From: Candidatus Hydrogenedentota bacterium
GTDB taxonomy: Bacteria; Hydrogenedentota; Hydrogenedentia; Hydrogenedentales; SLHB01
Direction of reading: 5' to 3'
NCBI GenBank assembly: GCA_045863295.1
Contig: BTWA01000003.1
Location: 96,001-160,000 of the forward strand
Length of the DNA stretch: 64,000 bases
Shown: in pieces, positions 45,109 through 54,596 of the stretch
Layout: each line of letters starts with the position of its first letter
Numbering within the stretch: the stretch's first letter is position 1
Position numbers and translations under genes: made by a program
The notes under the pieces: model-generated
The model's input: only the letters and a program-made list of their open reading frames with translations
What the model was told of the DNA's origin: nothing
Database searches by the model: none

Positions 45109-46698
45109 TCAAATCTCTGCCAAGCTTGTGCCGAGTGGCGATAGCGAAATGGTCCTTTCGGCTTCCCGGTAGCGCAGTGTCACGGCCTCAGCTTGTTCCG
45201 ACAGATTCCATAGCAGCACGCGTTGGGCAGTGGGGTACCAGGCGCACACCACCGGTTTGTGGTCCATAACGACGGGAACATCGTGCAATTGGGGCAACGT
45301 GCGGTCTTTTAGAGCGTATACCCGGTCCAATTCCTCTGGCAAGGATTCCAACTCGGGTACAGAGGACGAGATGCGAGAGATGAGTTGAGTTCCTGGCGAT
45401 TTGATGGCGCCACGTTGCACCGCCCGGGCGTCGGCATCTCCCAGAAAGGTCCAGCCATCGGCAGCCAGTTCGCCAGTCACTTCGAAGGGAATCCCCGAGG
45501 CGAGAAACAGACTGTAGGGCTTGTCCTCACCTACATACCGCTCGGCTTCACCATGAAAATGCTTGAAAGGACCGTGCGGTGCGTGCCCGGCGACTTTTTC
45601 GTGTACCCTCTTTTGTTCTGCTATGGCGGGTGCCAGCACTGGCCAATACGATTCCGGAATCGGGGGCAGACCGGACATGAACAGGGTGTGCCGGACATCG
45701 GCAATTGTGGATACGGCGAGTTTGGCCGCCATATTTTTCGCGGATAGACTGTTCTCCGGGAAAATAGTCGTCTCGCTGAAAGCATCTTCCGGTTCAACAT
45801 GCCTGCGATGAAACAGTGCGCTGAAGAGTTCGTCCGTCTTGCCCTTTACCGGCGAAAAGCCTGCATCGTTGAACATGAGTTCGCCCACGCGAAAATGGGT
45901 ATCGGCGTAGTCCTTGAGACGAATGCCGGCTTTTTCCGATCCGAGGTACATTACCATAATCGATACCGTCATCGGAGCCGCCGCGGCTTGCTGCGTTCGA
46001 AACGAGGCGGTCAATTCATCGCAGGTGAATTCCACCCACGCGCGAACTATCGGCGAAAGATCACGCGCGCGCACGTCGGCGAGGAGTGCATGCCATTGTG
46101 AATCCGAATAGCCGTGTAGATTCAAGAAGCGTTGTTTATGGTCACCGCAAAAGCAGCCGCCAATGACTCCGGGCCCTACCGCCAATCGAAAGTCATCGTC
46201 GAGAAAAGCCTCGCGAAAGCCCTGTGCCCGAAGCAACTTCAGGGCATCCGCATTTTCCGCCGTGGCCGGTTCGTGGAGAGATGTTCCGCTGAACTGTTTC
46301 CCGTCCGGCTTGGATGCCATCTGCCAGTGGGCAGGCGGGGTCAGGGGTACGGTCTGCTCCCCGGTGGAACCCAGGGAGTCGCCGGGATGTCCCAACGGCA
46401 CCGTGGCGACTTCGGCTTGCAGGCCCGCCGCGAGGATCTTTTTGCGCCACTCGCCCAGTGCTTCGGGTAACCAGGGCCAGTGGCCGTAGAAATAACCGGC
46501 AATCCAGACCGTACCGATCCCTGCGTCGCGGTAGACCTGCAGGAGATGGGGATGCCGGGTAAGGGTGTCAATGTTGGAGCAGATATGAAAGTCGCGACCG
46601 CCTTGTGTCGAAGATGAATTGGCGTTTAACGCGGAAGGCAACAGCCATGGAATTGTGCCCGAAAGGTGCAAAAAGTCTCGACGAGACAGGCGGCGCAT
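45109..46698 (-). CDS. Tat-exported hypothetical protein, possibly glycoside hydrolase-like TIM barrel
   Basis: SRRDFL Tat motif. FLDDD..., GCFC..H, W.EF pattern reminiscent of GH42-like barrels; function unverified. Confidence 0.6.
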   Translation of the reverse strand: MRRLSRRDFLHLSGTIPWLLPSALNANSSSTQGGRDFHICSNIDTLTRHPHLLQVYRDAGIGTVWIAGYFYGHWPWLPEALGEWRKKILAAGLQAEVATVPLGHPGDSLGSTGEQTVPLTPPAHWQMASKPDGKQFSGTSLHEPATAENADALKLLRAQGFREAFLDDDFRLAVGPGVIGGCFCGDHKQRFLNLHGYSDSQWHALLADVRARDLSPIVRAWVEFTCDELTASFRTQQAAAAPMTVSIMVMYLGSEKAGIRLKDYADTHFRVGELMFNDAGFSPVKGKTDELFSALFHRRHVEPEDAFSETTIFPENSLSAKNMAAKLAVSTIADVRHTLFMSGLPPIPESYWPVLAPAIAEQKRVHEKVAGHAPHGPFKHFHGEAERYVGEDKPYSLFLASGIPFEVTGELAADGWTFLGDADARAVQRGAIKSPGTQLISRISSSVPELESLPEELDRVYALKDRTLPQLHDVPVVMDHKPVVCAWYPTAQRVLLWNLSEQAEAVTLRYREAERTISLSPLGTSLAEI

Positions 46699-46792
46699 AA
46701 GGAATCTCCCAGGGGGGCAGGCTGACTTACCTCAGCATCACACAACACATTGCCGGTTCAGGTCAAATTCGAAGGTGTGGCGTTCACAAACG

Positions 46793-46824
46793 AAAAGTGG
46801 CCTCCCCCGCGAGCGGGGGAGGCC
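46793..46824 (-). terminator. rho-independent terminator of the BON gene
   Basis: GGCCTCCCCCGC-GA-GCGGGGGAGGCC stem followed by ACTTTT on the minus strand. Confidence 0.7.
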
Positions 46825-46866
46825 TATGTCAAAAGCACGCTCCAAACGGACTTAAGTTAGAGTCCA

Positions 46867-47688
46867 TCAAGCGCCCTCAAGAACCAATTCATTGGTCACT
46901 GCCGAGATCCCGTCCGTCACTTTCGCGATGGATTCCGCGAGGTCTTTCTGATGTACGGTGGCCACTTTTCCGGTCAACACGCAGACTCCGTGGTCCACTT
47001 CGACGTCGATGTCGTAGATGCTAAGGTCTTTGCTCCACATAATGGAACTCTCCACCATCTTCTCTGCGAACTCATCCGAAATTTCAGTAGTTACGGTCTC
47101 CGTGACCGTATCGGCCTCTGCGGCCACTTGCGTTTTTCCTACGGTGAGTTGCGAGTCTACTGCACCCACTCCTGAAGTATCGGAGACTATCTTCTCAACG
47201 GTTTCCTTCTTTTCCGGACTCTCCACGTCCCCTTTCAGGGTCACTTCTCCCGCGTTCACATCGATATTCAACAGGGCGTCGTCAATGCCGCTGTGATAAG
47301 CGAGGCGGCGCCGGATTCGCGAGTTTAGTGCGGCGTCTTCGACGCTCTGGCGCCATTCCGCGTTTGTCGTGTTGATCTCCACGGAGCGATCGACGTTCAG
47401 GTTGTTCACGACAGATTTCACGTCCTTTACGGTCAACGCCAGACGCTCGGCAAGATCCTTGTCTGCTTCTTCTTGCACCGTGCCTGTGAGGGAGACTACA
47501 CCTTCGTTTGTGGTGGTATTGATCTTAAAAGGATTCAGATCTCCATTCAGCAGGAACATGGTCTCGATGCGCGCGGTGATGACCGTATCCTTCAGGGGTT
47601 GATCGCTGTTCGGTGTCTGCGCACCGGCACTTGCAACGCATAGGCTGAGGACCAGCACGGCAATTGCCGCGATTGGCAAGGTCTTCAT
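46867..47688 (-). CDS. BON-domain (OsmY-like) periplasmic protein with three BON repeats
   Basis: Signal peptide. Three D..I...I...I.V....G.V.L.G.V.......A...V.GV..V.N.L repeats. GGGAG RBS. Confidence 0.9.
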   Translation of the reverse strand: MKTLPIAAIAVLVLSLCVASAGAQTPNSDQPLKDTVITARIETMFLLNGDLNPFKINTTTNEGVVSLTGTVQEEADKDLAERLALTVKDVKSVVNNLNVDRSVEINTTNAEWRQSVEDAALNSRIRRRLAYHSGIDDALLNIDVNAGEVTLKGDVESPEKKETVEKIVSDTSGVGAVDSQLTVGKTQVAAEADTVTETVTTEISDEFAEKMVESSIMWSKDLSIYDIDVEVDHGVCVLTGKVATVHQKDLAESIAKVTDGISAVTNELVLEGA

Positions 47689-47863
47689 GGCAGTACTCCC
47701 AAGTTTTGTGAATGGCCTGCATTGATCCGAACGTCTGAGGTCTCATCCGGACCGCTTGGTTAGACTATAGAACCTGGGACACTTTCCGGGCATCGGAGAA
47801 AGGACTGTTCGTGTGTAGGATGAGGGCTATACCCAATCATTTGGGCGAAAATTCAGGCAGGAT

Positions 47864-49525
47864 TCATTCGCCGGACACGATGAGATCGAATTTCATCCGG
47901 TTGTACTGCCGCCGGTAAAACGTGTTTGTCACCAGACCCAGCAAAGTAAGGCCTGTAATGCAACCTGCGGACACCCACGCATTTGGAACGGCAACGGCGC
48001 CGACGGCCAACGCAAATGCCATAACCGTGGACAGCACCAGGGCAAAGGTGTGTAACCGGAATCGCTGAGTATCATTCGTGCCGGACGATACACAGAAAAT
48101 AAACACAATCGGTTGTGCTGCCGCCGCGACGAGCTGGATTTTGACCGGCATCCACGCCGCACCGTCCGGCACTTTGGCTGAATAGAGTGAGAGAATGAAT
48201 CCGGTTGCGGCGGCCACAGGCAGTGCCAACAGACACCGGTATAGATTGTATTTCATGAACACGGATCGAAACTGGTCATAGCCAATCGGAAGGTGCGCAT
48301 AGGCCGGCACCTTTACCCCGAAATTCTGTATCGCATTTGTTCCTGGCCAGCTTCCACCCAGCCAAGGCAGTAATGAAAACCCGCCGGCCACAAACAACAT
48401 GGAACCAACCCAGATAAGCCAGTTGATATTGGAAAGAACCAATGGGAAACCCGCGGCAATACATACGACACCCACGGTGAGTTTTCTCGATATTTCCGGC
48501 TTGCCGCACAACATGAACTCCACCACGACCCTTTCTTCCTCGGTCATCCATCGGCCCACAACGCGGTCGAGAAAGGGGAGATCGTGCCAATTCATGGATA
48601 CGCTGAGCGTGTTTTCCCGGATTTCGTCTTCTAATCCGTTCCGTATTTCATCCGGTTGATACGGATAATCCAAGACTTCGTCTTGTTCTTCGTTAATGTC
48701 TTCTCCCGCGAAGAAGTCCCAAACCGGTGACACGTACGTTGCTTGCATTCTTCTCCACATTTGCACCGCAGCGGCTAGCAACAGAGCAATGGGTAGGGCA
48801 AAGTACATGCCTGTTGCATCGCCTTCGATAAGACTCTTCTGAATCAGGGTGTCGACCCAACCGTTGGGCAGAATGCGCGAGGTCCAGGGGTATGCCCGTT
48901 CAAGGTAGTGGTTTAGATCGGATGCGAGCGTGCCGCGGGCTACGATGAGCGATATGCCCAGGGCAACTACCGAAAGTGACACATAGAAAGCAACGCGAAG
49001 CAATTGAAGAAACACCAGCGCAATGGAAAGTGCGGTGACAATCGCTGCATGCAGCGCGAGGATAAATGGAAAAGCGAGCCAATACGTGTCGGGCGCGCTG
49101 GTGGAAACCCCAAATGCGATGAGCGGCGCCGCGACAAAAGCGAACATCAGTGTAGCCTGCCGAATGCCTACTTTCATTTGGCGTTTATACACTTCTCTGT
49201 CTGGGATGGGCAGGAGACTTAGGGCCGCAAGATCGTAAGACTGGTAGATCTGGTTCCAAAACAAACCGCCTTGGATCCATGCAATCAAAATGCCGTACAG
49301 CGCCAGCGCGGTTGACGCAGGCAATCCTGCTTCGATGCGAGTGGCAAAGATGCTGTAAATAACCATGAATACGCAGCAGAGAAAGAAGGCGATCGACGCC
49401 AAAATCTTCGCCTTTTCCGAGCGGCCGGAATTCATACGGGCGCGTTCCGCGCGCAGTCCGGGATCGGCATTGACGCGTTCGCGCACGAGGCGGCGCAGGG
49501 CCCGCTCGATCGATCGTTCTGTCAC
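47864..49525 (-). CDS. ABC transporter permease-like multi-pass membrane protein
   Basis: Many TM segments, L..LPI motif. GTGA overlap with the ABC ATPase. Confidence 0.65.
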   Translation of the reverse strand: MTERSIERALRRLVRERVNADPGLRAERARMNSGRSEKAKILASIAFFLCCVFMVIYSIFATRIEAGLPASTALALYGILIAWIQGGLFWNQIYQSYDLAALSLLPIPDREVYKRQMKVGIRQATLMFAFVAAPLIAFGVSTSAPDTYWLAFPFILALHAAIVTALSIALVFLQLLRVAFYVSLSVVALGISLIVARGTLASDLNHYLERAYPWTSRILPNGWVDTLIQKSLIEGDATGMYFALPIALLLAAAVQMWRRMQATYVSPVWDFFAGEDINEEQDEVLDYPYQPDEIRNGLEDEIRENTLSVSMNWHDLPFLDRVVGRWMTEEERVVVEFMLCGKPEISRKLTVGVVCIAAGFPLVLSNINWLIWVGSMLFVAGGFSLLPWLGGSWPGTNAIQNFGVKVPAYAHLPIGYDQFRSVFMKYNLYRCLLALPVAAATGFILSLYSAKVPDGAAWMPVKIQLVAAAAQPIVFIFCVSSGTNDTQRFRLHTFALVLSTVMAFALAVGAVAVPNAWVSAGCITGLTLLGLVTNTFYRRQYNRMKFDLIVSGE

Positions 49526-50259
49526 GGCGGGTCTTCCTCGCTCAATTGTTGAAAGATATCCGCGAGCGATCCGGTTCCGCCTGTTTCACGATCTCGAAGC
49601 CGATCGATGGAATCGAAGGCGTAAACCTGTCCTTTGTGCAATACACAAATACGGTCGGAGAAGGTCTCCACGATTTCCAGTATCTGTGTGGTGTAGAGAA
49701 TTGTGCTGCCACGATTGGCGGCCGCCTGCGCGTGCCGACGGAAGGCCGCGATTCCCGCTGGATCCATGCCCGAGGCGAAAGGCTCGTCGAGTAGCCACAG
49801 TTCAGGATCGACGGCAAGCAACGCCACGAGAGCCGCCTTGTAGCGTTGGCCGCGGGACAGTTTGTTGAATGGCACTTCGGCCAGGGGAAGCAGGTCGAAT
49901 TCGGCCAGCAAGTCGGCCACCCGGCTACCCGAGCCTGCATCATCACGCCGGTACAGCCGAAGGGTAAGGGCGATTTGGCGAAGTATGGGCCACTCTTCGA
50001 TGACGACGGGGAAATCGGGAAGCACATTCAGCCGCCGCCGGAGATCCATGCGGTCACGCGTGAACAAGTCCCCATCCAGCATCACTTGTCCGCGGTCGGG
50101 GGCGAGTATGCCGGAGAGGCAACGCAAGAGCGTGGTCTTACCCGCCCCGTTGTTGCCGAGAACGGCTACGATCTGGCCGGGAGCGATTTCCAGGTTGACG
50201 TTGTCGAGCGCATAGATCTTTCTAAATCGCTTGGTAACGCCGAGGAACTCGATCTTCAT
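49522..50259 (-). CDS. ABC transporter ATP-binding protein
   Basis: GNNGAGKTT, LSRGQ, LLDEP. The switch His appears as TTQ. Confidence 0.92.
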   Translation of the reverse strand: MKIEFLGVTKRFRKIYALDNVNLEIAPGQIVAVLGNNGAGKTTLLRCLSGILAPDRGQVMLDGDLFTRDRMDLRRRLNVLPDFPVVIEEWPILRQIALTLRLYRRDDAGSGSRVADLLAEFDLLPLAEVPFNKLSRGQRYKAALVALLAVDPELWLLDEPFASGMDPAGIAAFRRHAQAAANRGSTILYTTQILEIVETFSDRICVLHKGQVYAFDSIDRLRDRETGGTGSLADIFQQLSEEDPP

Positions 50260-50292
50260 GCGCGCAGTCCGCTCCCTGGATGAGCGCTTTTA

Positions 50293-52023
50293 TCATGCCT
50301 TGTCACGGGGGCTTTTGCCGGCATCGGTTTTGGACTCTGCCTTGCCGTCTCCGTCGGACTTCACATCGTCGTTAACAGGCTTCATCTTCACGAGATAATC
50401 CGGCATTTCCACGCCGGCGATGTCGCGCATGACGTCGAGCATAGGCGGCAGGCTGCGCGCGAAGTTCTGCAGGAAGTTGGAGGTAGCACTGTGTCCGTTC
50501 TGGCTGCCGCCTTCCCAAACCACGACCTTGTCAAACTTGATGTTGGAGATGGCTTTCGCGGAGGCTTGCGCCAGCCCGTCGAGGTGTTCGAGCATCAGCA
50601 TCTGGAATGCCTCGTTCGATCCGCCGCATGCGTCGATGATCTTTCGCAAACCTTCGCCCTTTTTGGCCAGCTTTTCGTATTCGCCCTTGGCTTCGGCTTC
50701 CAATTTGGCAAAAATGGCGCGGGCTTCGCCTTCTGCTTCAATGCGGCGCTTCTCGGCTTCGGCTTCCGCATTTACGATGGTTTGCGCTTTTTCAGCCTTG
50801 GCCGGCGCTTCCAATTCAGCGCGGCGCTCGGCTTCGATACGCTCGGCTTCGGCAAGCGCGGCCTTGGCCATGGCGCGGTTTTGCGCTTCGAGCACGGCGG
50901 CTTCCGCCTCGCGCTTTTTCGATTCGCCGGTTTGATAGGCCTCGGCCTGTTTCACTTGGAGTTCGGCATTGGACGCCGCGACGAGAGCGCGGGATTTGTT
51001 TTCGCCTTCGATGGCGGCCGCGTCGGCTTGCGCGATGGCGATACGTTTCTCGCGGTCGGCCGATTTTTCGCCGGTGACCGCCGTGGCGTCGGCTTCCGCG
51101 ACCGAGATACGCATTTGCCGCTCGGCATCTTTTTCGCCTTTGACCGCATGGGCATTGGCCTCGGCGACGGAAATACGCATGGCGCGTTCGGCTTCTTTTA
51201 CCTGTGTCTCGCGTTCGTAGGCCGCGCGTTGTTCGCCGATGGCCTGTTCTTTCTGCAATTCGGCGATGCGAACGGCTTGTTCCCGTTGCGCTTCCCGTAT
51301 ACCGACTTCTTTCAACTTGGTCGCATCGGCCACTTTGACATATTTCTCGCGTTCCGCATCGGCCACGCGCACTTCGCCGAGTTTCTCCTGTTCGGCGACG
51401 TCGCCGCGGGCCTGTTGCACAGCCTGGGAAGCGGCCTTTTGCCCGATCGCTTCGATGTATCCAGCGGTATCGGTGATATCGGTGATGTTGACGTTAATCA
51501 GCACAAGGCCAATTTTCCGCAATTCCGGTTCCATGGACTCCTGAATACTGTGCAGGAACTTCTCGCGGTCGCGGTTGATTTCCTGAATGCTCATGGATGC
51601 AATTACCTGGCGCAATTGGCCGAGAATGATGTCTTCCGCCTGCTTCTTGACTTCCATGCCGTTCAGACCCAACAAACGGATCGCCGCGTTTTGCATGGCT
51701 TCTGGTTCCGTGCCAATCGCGACGGTAAACACACTGGGCACATTGACGCGGATATTTTCGATCGATAGGGCATCTTTCAGCGGTACTTCAATCTGAATGG
51801 GTTCGAGACTGAGCCAACCATAGTCTTGTATGAGCGGGATTATGAACGCCGCGCCGCCGTGCACGCAACGGGCCGCCTGGCCGGTGCGTACCTGGCCATA
51901 AATGACCAGCACCTGGTTGCTGGGGCAACGTTTGTAACGGGTGGCGAGCATGAGCACAAAGCCCACAAACAGCACCACAAGTGCAAGCACAATGGCGGCG
52001 ACCCAAATGTTGTCGAACGGCAT
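50293..52023 (-). CDS. flotillin/SPFH-domain protein
   Basis: N-terminal TM, SPFH (GGA.FI.P, GQLR..IA.M, INRDR..F), AE-rich coiled coil, K.DKVVVW. Confidence 0.92.
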   Translation of the reverse strand: MPFDNIWVAAIVLALVVLFVGFVLMLATRYKRCPSNQVLVIYGQVRTGQAARCVHGGAAFIIPLIQDYGWLSLEPIQIEVPLKDALSIENIRVNVPSVFTVAIGTEPEAMQNAAIRLLGLNGMEVKKQAEDIILGQLRQVIASMSIQEINRDREKFLHSIQESMEPELRKIGLVLINVNITDITDTAGYIEAIGQKAASQAVQQARGDVAEQEKLGEVRVADAEREKYVKVADATKLKEVGIREAQREQAVRIAELQKEQAIGEQRAAYERETQVKEAERAMRISVAEANAHAVKGEKDAERQMRISVAEADATAVTGEKSADREKRIAIAQADAAAIEGENKSRALVAASNAELQVKQAEAYQTGESKKREAEAAVLEAQNRAMAKAALAEAERIEAERRAELEAPAKAEKAQTIVNAEAEAEKRRIEAEGEARAIFAKLEAEAKGEYEKLAKKGEGLRKIIDACGGSNEAFQMLMLEHLDGLAQASAKAISNIKFDKVVVWEGGSQNGHSATSNFLQNFARSLPPMLDVMRDIAGVEMPDYLVKMKPVNDDVKSDGDGKAESKTDAGKSPRDKA

Positions 52024-52072
52024 GACAGGCTACCTCTGGTTGATTGGTGATCGGACTGCGATTGCCCTGCAA

Positions 52073-52636
52073 TTAAAGGTACGCCAGATCCCGGTCATTC
52101 GAGGACTCGACCAGGAGCGTATCGGGCCCCGCGACCCCCACGATCTCCACCATTGAGCCGGTGGGCAAATCGGTTTCCCCTTCCGTTACTGCGGTGTATT
52201 CGAGCGTGCGGTCTTGCACGGTGACCGTCACTTTACCTTTGCCTTTTTGAGATCCGGGCACGCTGAGGTATACCACCGCAGTACGGCCGATGGCGTTCTC
52301 AATGCGGGCGGTGCCTTCGGACTGCAGCGACATCAGCAGGCGCATGATCCACGCGACCAGTACCATGGCGAATGCGCCGCCGGTGAGCCCGGTCAAGATG
52401 GAAAAGCCGGTGCCCAAACCGGTTTCCGAGGCCGCAAGCCCTCCCAGTCCGAAGAATGTAACGGCCGCGACAAGGGCTTTGAAGCTAAGTACGCCAAAAA
52501 ACCAAGATGAATCGTGGCTGAGATCGTGGCCATCGCCAATATCGTGGTCGCCGCCCAAACCGGCCACCATGAGAAGGAGTTGCACGACCAGTATCGCACC
52601 GCCGCCCAGACCGCAAATCAAGAACAACGTCGTCAT
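52073..52636 (-). CDS. NfeD-like (YuaF/YqiJ-type) flotillin partner
   Basis: Three TM segments, FFGLGG, C-terminal OB fold IG....VY..VP....GKV.V...LP.G..V. Confidence 0.85.
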   Translation of the reverse strand: MTTLFLICGLGGGAILVVQLLLMVAGLGGDHDIGDGHDLSHDSSWFFGVLSFKALVAAVTFFGLGGLAASETGLGTGFSILTGLTGGAFAMVLVAWIMRLLMSLQSEGTARIENAIGRTAVVYLSVPGSQKGKGKVTVTVQDRTLEYTAVTEGETDLPTGSMVEIVGVAGPDTLLVESSNDRDLAYL

Positions 52637-52805
52637 TGCGTTAACCCCCCAAGTCCGCAGGTTACGCCATCAAGCATAACAATAGGACAGGAAATCCGCG
52701 AATTCAAGGGTTCCCGGCACACACTATCGTCCATCATCTCACGGGTTTATGCGCACCGGCGAGCATCGATACGCCGCACCCGTCGAATCCCATTCGACTG
52801 CAACC

Positions 52806-54542
52806 CTAACGTCCCCAACGCTGTATCAAGGGGTGTCGAATCTCGGTGCTCGCGTTATCGATGGCTTGGTAGCGCTTCTTTCCTTTGTCGAGGTAGAACG
52901 GAATAAAGGCCATCTTTTCAAGGTAGGTGGACCCCGGCTCCACCTGGATAAGGGGACCTCGCTGATAGTCGCTAAACGGATAGACAAGGCCGCGGGTGAA
53001 GTAGGTGAGGGGGATTTGCCAGAAGTGATGGTAGTACAAATAGAATGCGCGGCGGTGAAGGGTCGCCTCGCCCCGCTCCACACTGAACGCTTGCGACGAT
53101 TCGATGGCCGTGCCTACACCGTATCCCTTGGCTTCGTTCGTTAGTGCCAGCCATGGCACGTCGTGCTCCACGCGGGTTGCCCATTCATCCTGCCAGTTCG
53201 GGCCGTGCATGGTGCGATTGATACGAAGTTTGCCGGTGCGTTCACGCCAGACGAAGTGGTCCACCAGGTGCGAGTCCAGCACAATTTCACCGTTGCGTAT
53301 GGCGGAGGCATTCAGCCAGTCCCGTACTTCCAGCACGGTGGTTGTATCAACATACGGAACGCCCGCATAAAACGTATAGGTGACCGAGGCATACACCTGG
53401 GGGGTCCATTCGGGCATGCGCCCGCGATTGGTTACGCGGAACATGAGCGGGCCGCGCGTGCTGACGGTGGTCTGTTCGGGCGGATCCCAGGCGAATGTGT
53501 GCCCCCACTTCCCGTTGTCGGAGAAGGAATCCGGATTCCAATGGACCGCGGCACTCATCGAGTTGGTAAGCAGCGGCGCATCCACCTCGTCGCGGCCTTT
53601 CAATTGAAACGACGCGATTTGCCCTGACTTGTCGTCGAGATCGACAATGAAGTATTCGTTCTCCACGACGGCGCCCAGCGATTCTCCCGTCACTTTCATA
53701 TCGGCCTCGGCCGGCTTCAGGGTCTCTGCGTCTGGATTGTCATAGAGAAACACGTAGGTCTCTGATTCTTTCGCGTCCACTTTCGCGAAAAAAACCGTAT
53801 CAACCGACTTGGATGGATGCTTCAAGTAGTCCGTATTGGCGGTACCGGTGGGGGTGCCTTCAAATTCCTTTGGATTGAACACTTGAAACGGGACGGGAAT
53901 CAACGCGCCGCTTTCCTTGTCCACACGCACAATGCGAAGCTCCCTGGCAAGATCCGCACAATCTTCCGCGCGCACGGCAATAGTACATTCGACCGGCTCA
54001 TTTTCGCGTGCCAGCCCGGCCTCTTCATGCAATACGACAGATTGATACCGTTTCCAGCCGGTTGTGACGCCGCCCGTTTCCGGTGCGCGCGCCGCAAACG
54101 TCTTCAATACGGTCTGCGATCCGGCTTCATTGGTGTAAGTGATTTGAACGTGGATCTGTACTTCCTCACCGCTGTGCCAGGCCGAGCGCGTAACCAGGAC
54201 GACATTTTTTGCTGTGGCGCTATCACGCGTTATCCAACCGGATTGGACGTGAGAGAAGCCGTCTCTAAAGAGGTAAAATGAATCTGACGCAGTACGGTTT
54301 ACATGTACGGAGGCAACCGTTGCCGAAGTCCCCTCCGTCCAGTCGCCCAACGGAACGACGATTTCGTAGTACGGATACTCCGAGGTTGGCGCGACAAACG
54401 TAATCTCATCAACATCTTTTGGGTCGTATGGCGTGTTGTACAGCACATTGCCATCGCCCACATCGCGGCCCACTTCGACGGAGGCCGGCTTCGCCCACGC
54501 GACTGCCGAAATCAGCAACATACTCAGGATTATGCGATGCAT
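52806..54542 (-). CDS. secreted hypothetical protein, paralogue of 54597-56792
   Basis: Signal peptide (AWA). Shares LHE.AGL.RE.EPV, VEN..F, AVHWNPD, A.RNGE.V, PW.AL.N, R.LVYPF with its neighbour. Confidence 0.75.
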   Translation of the reverse strand: MHRIILSMLLISAVAWAKPASVEVGRDVGDGNVLYNTPYDPKDVDEITFVAPTSEYPYYEIVVPLGDWTEGTSATVASVHVNRTASDSFYLFRDGFSHVQSGWITRDSATAKNVVLVTRSAWHSGEEVQIHVQITYTNEAGSQTVLKTFAARAPETGGVTTGWKRYQSVVLHEEAGLARENEPVECTIAVRAEDCADLARELRIVRVDKESGALIPVPFQVFNPKEFEGTPTGTANTDYLKHPSKSVDTVFFAKVDAKESETYVFLYDNPDAETLKPAEADMKVTGESLGAVVENEYFIVDLDDKSGQIASFQLKGRDEVDAPLLTNSMSAAVHWNPDSFSDNGKWGHTFAWDPPEQTTVSTRGPLMFRVTNRGRMPEWTPQVYASVTYTFYAGVPYVDTTTVLEVRDWLNASAIRNGEIVLDSHLVDHFVWRERTGKLRINRTMHGPNWQDEWATRVEHDVPWLALTNEAKGYGVGTAIESSQAFSVERGEATLHRRAFYLYYHHFWQIPLTYFTRGLVYPFSDYQRGPLIQVEPGSTYLEKMAFIPFYLDKGKKRYQAIDNASTEIRHPLIQRWGR

Positions 54543-54596
54543 ACATAAACCTCTCATAGGGTTGACAGTCATTGTACGGCCACAGCTTCGCGACGA

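Noticed and set aside
50491..51768. 425-aa plus-strand ORF
   Set aside because: Antisense shadow of the low-complexity flotillin coiled coil.
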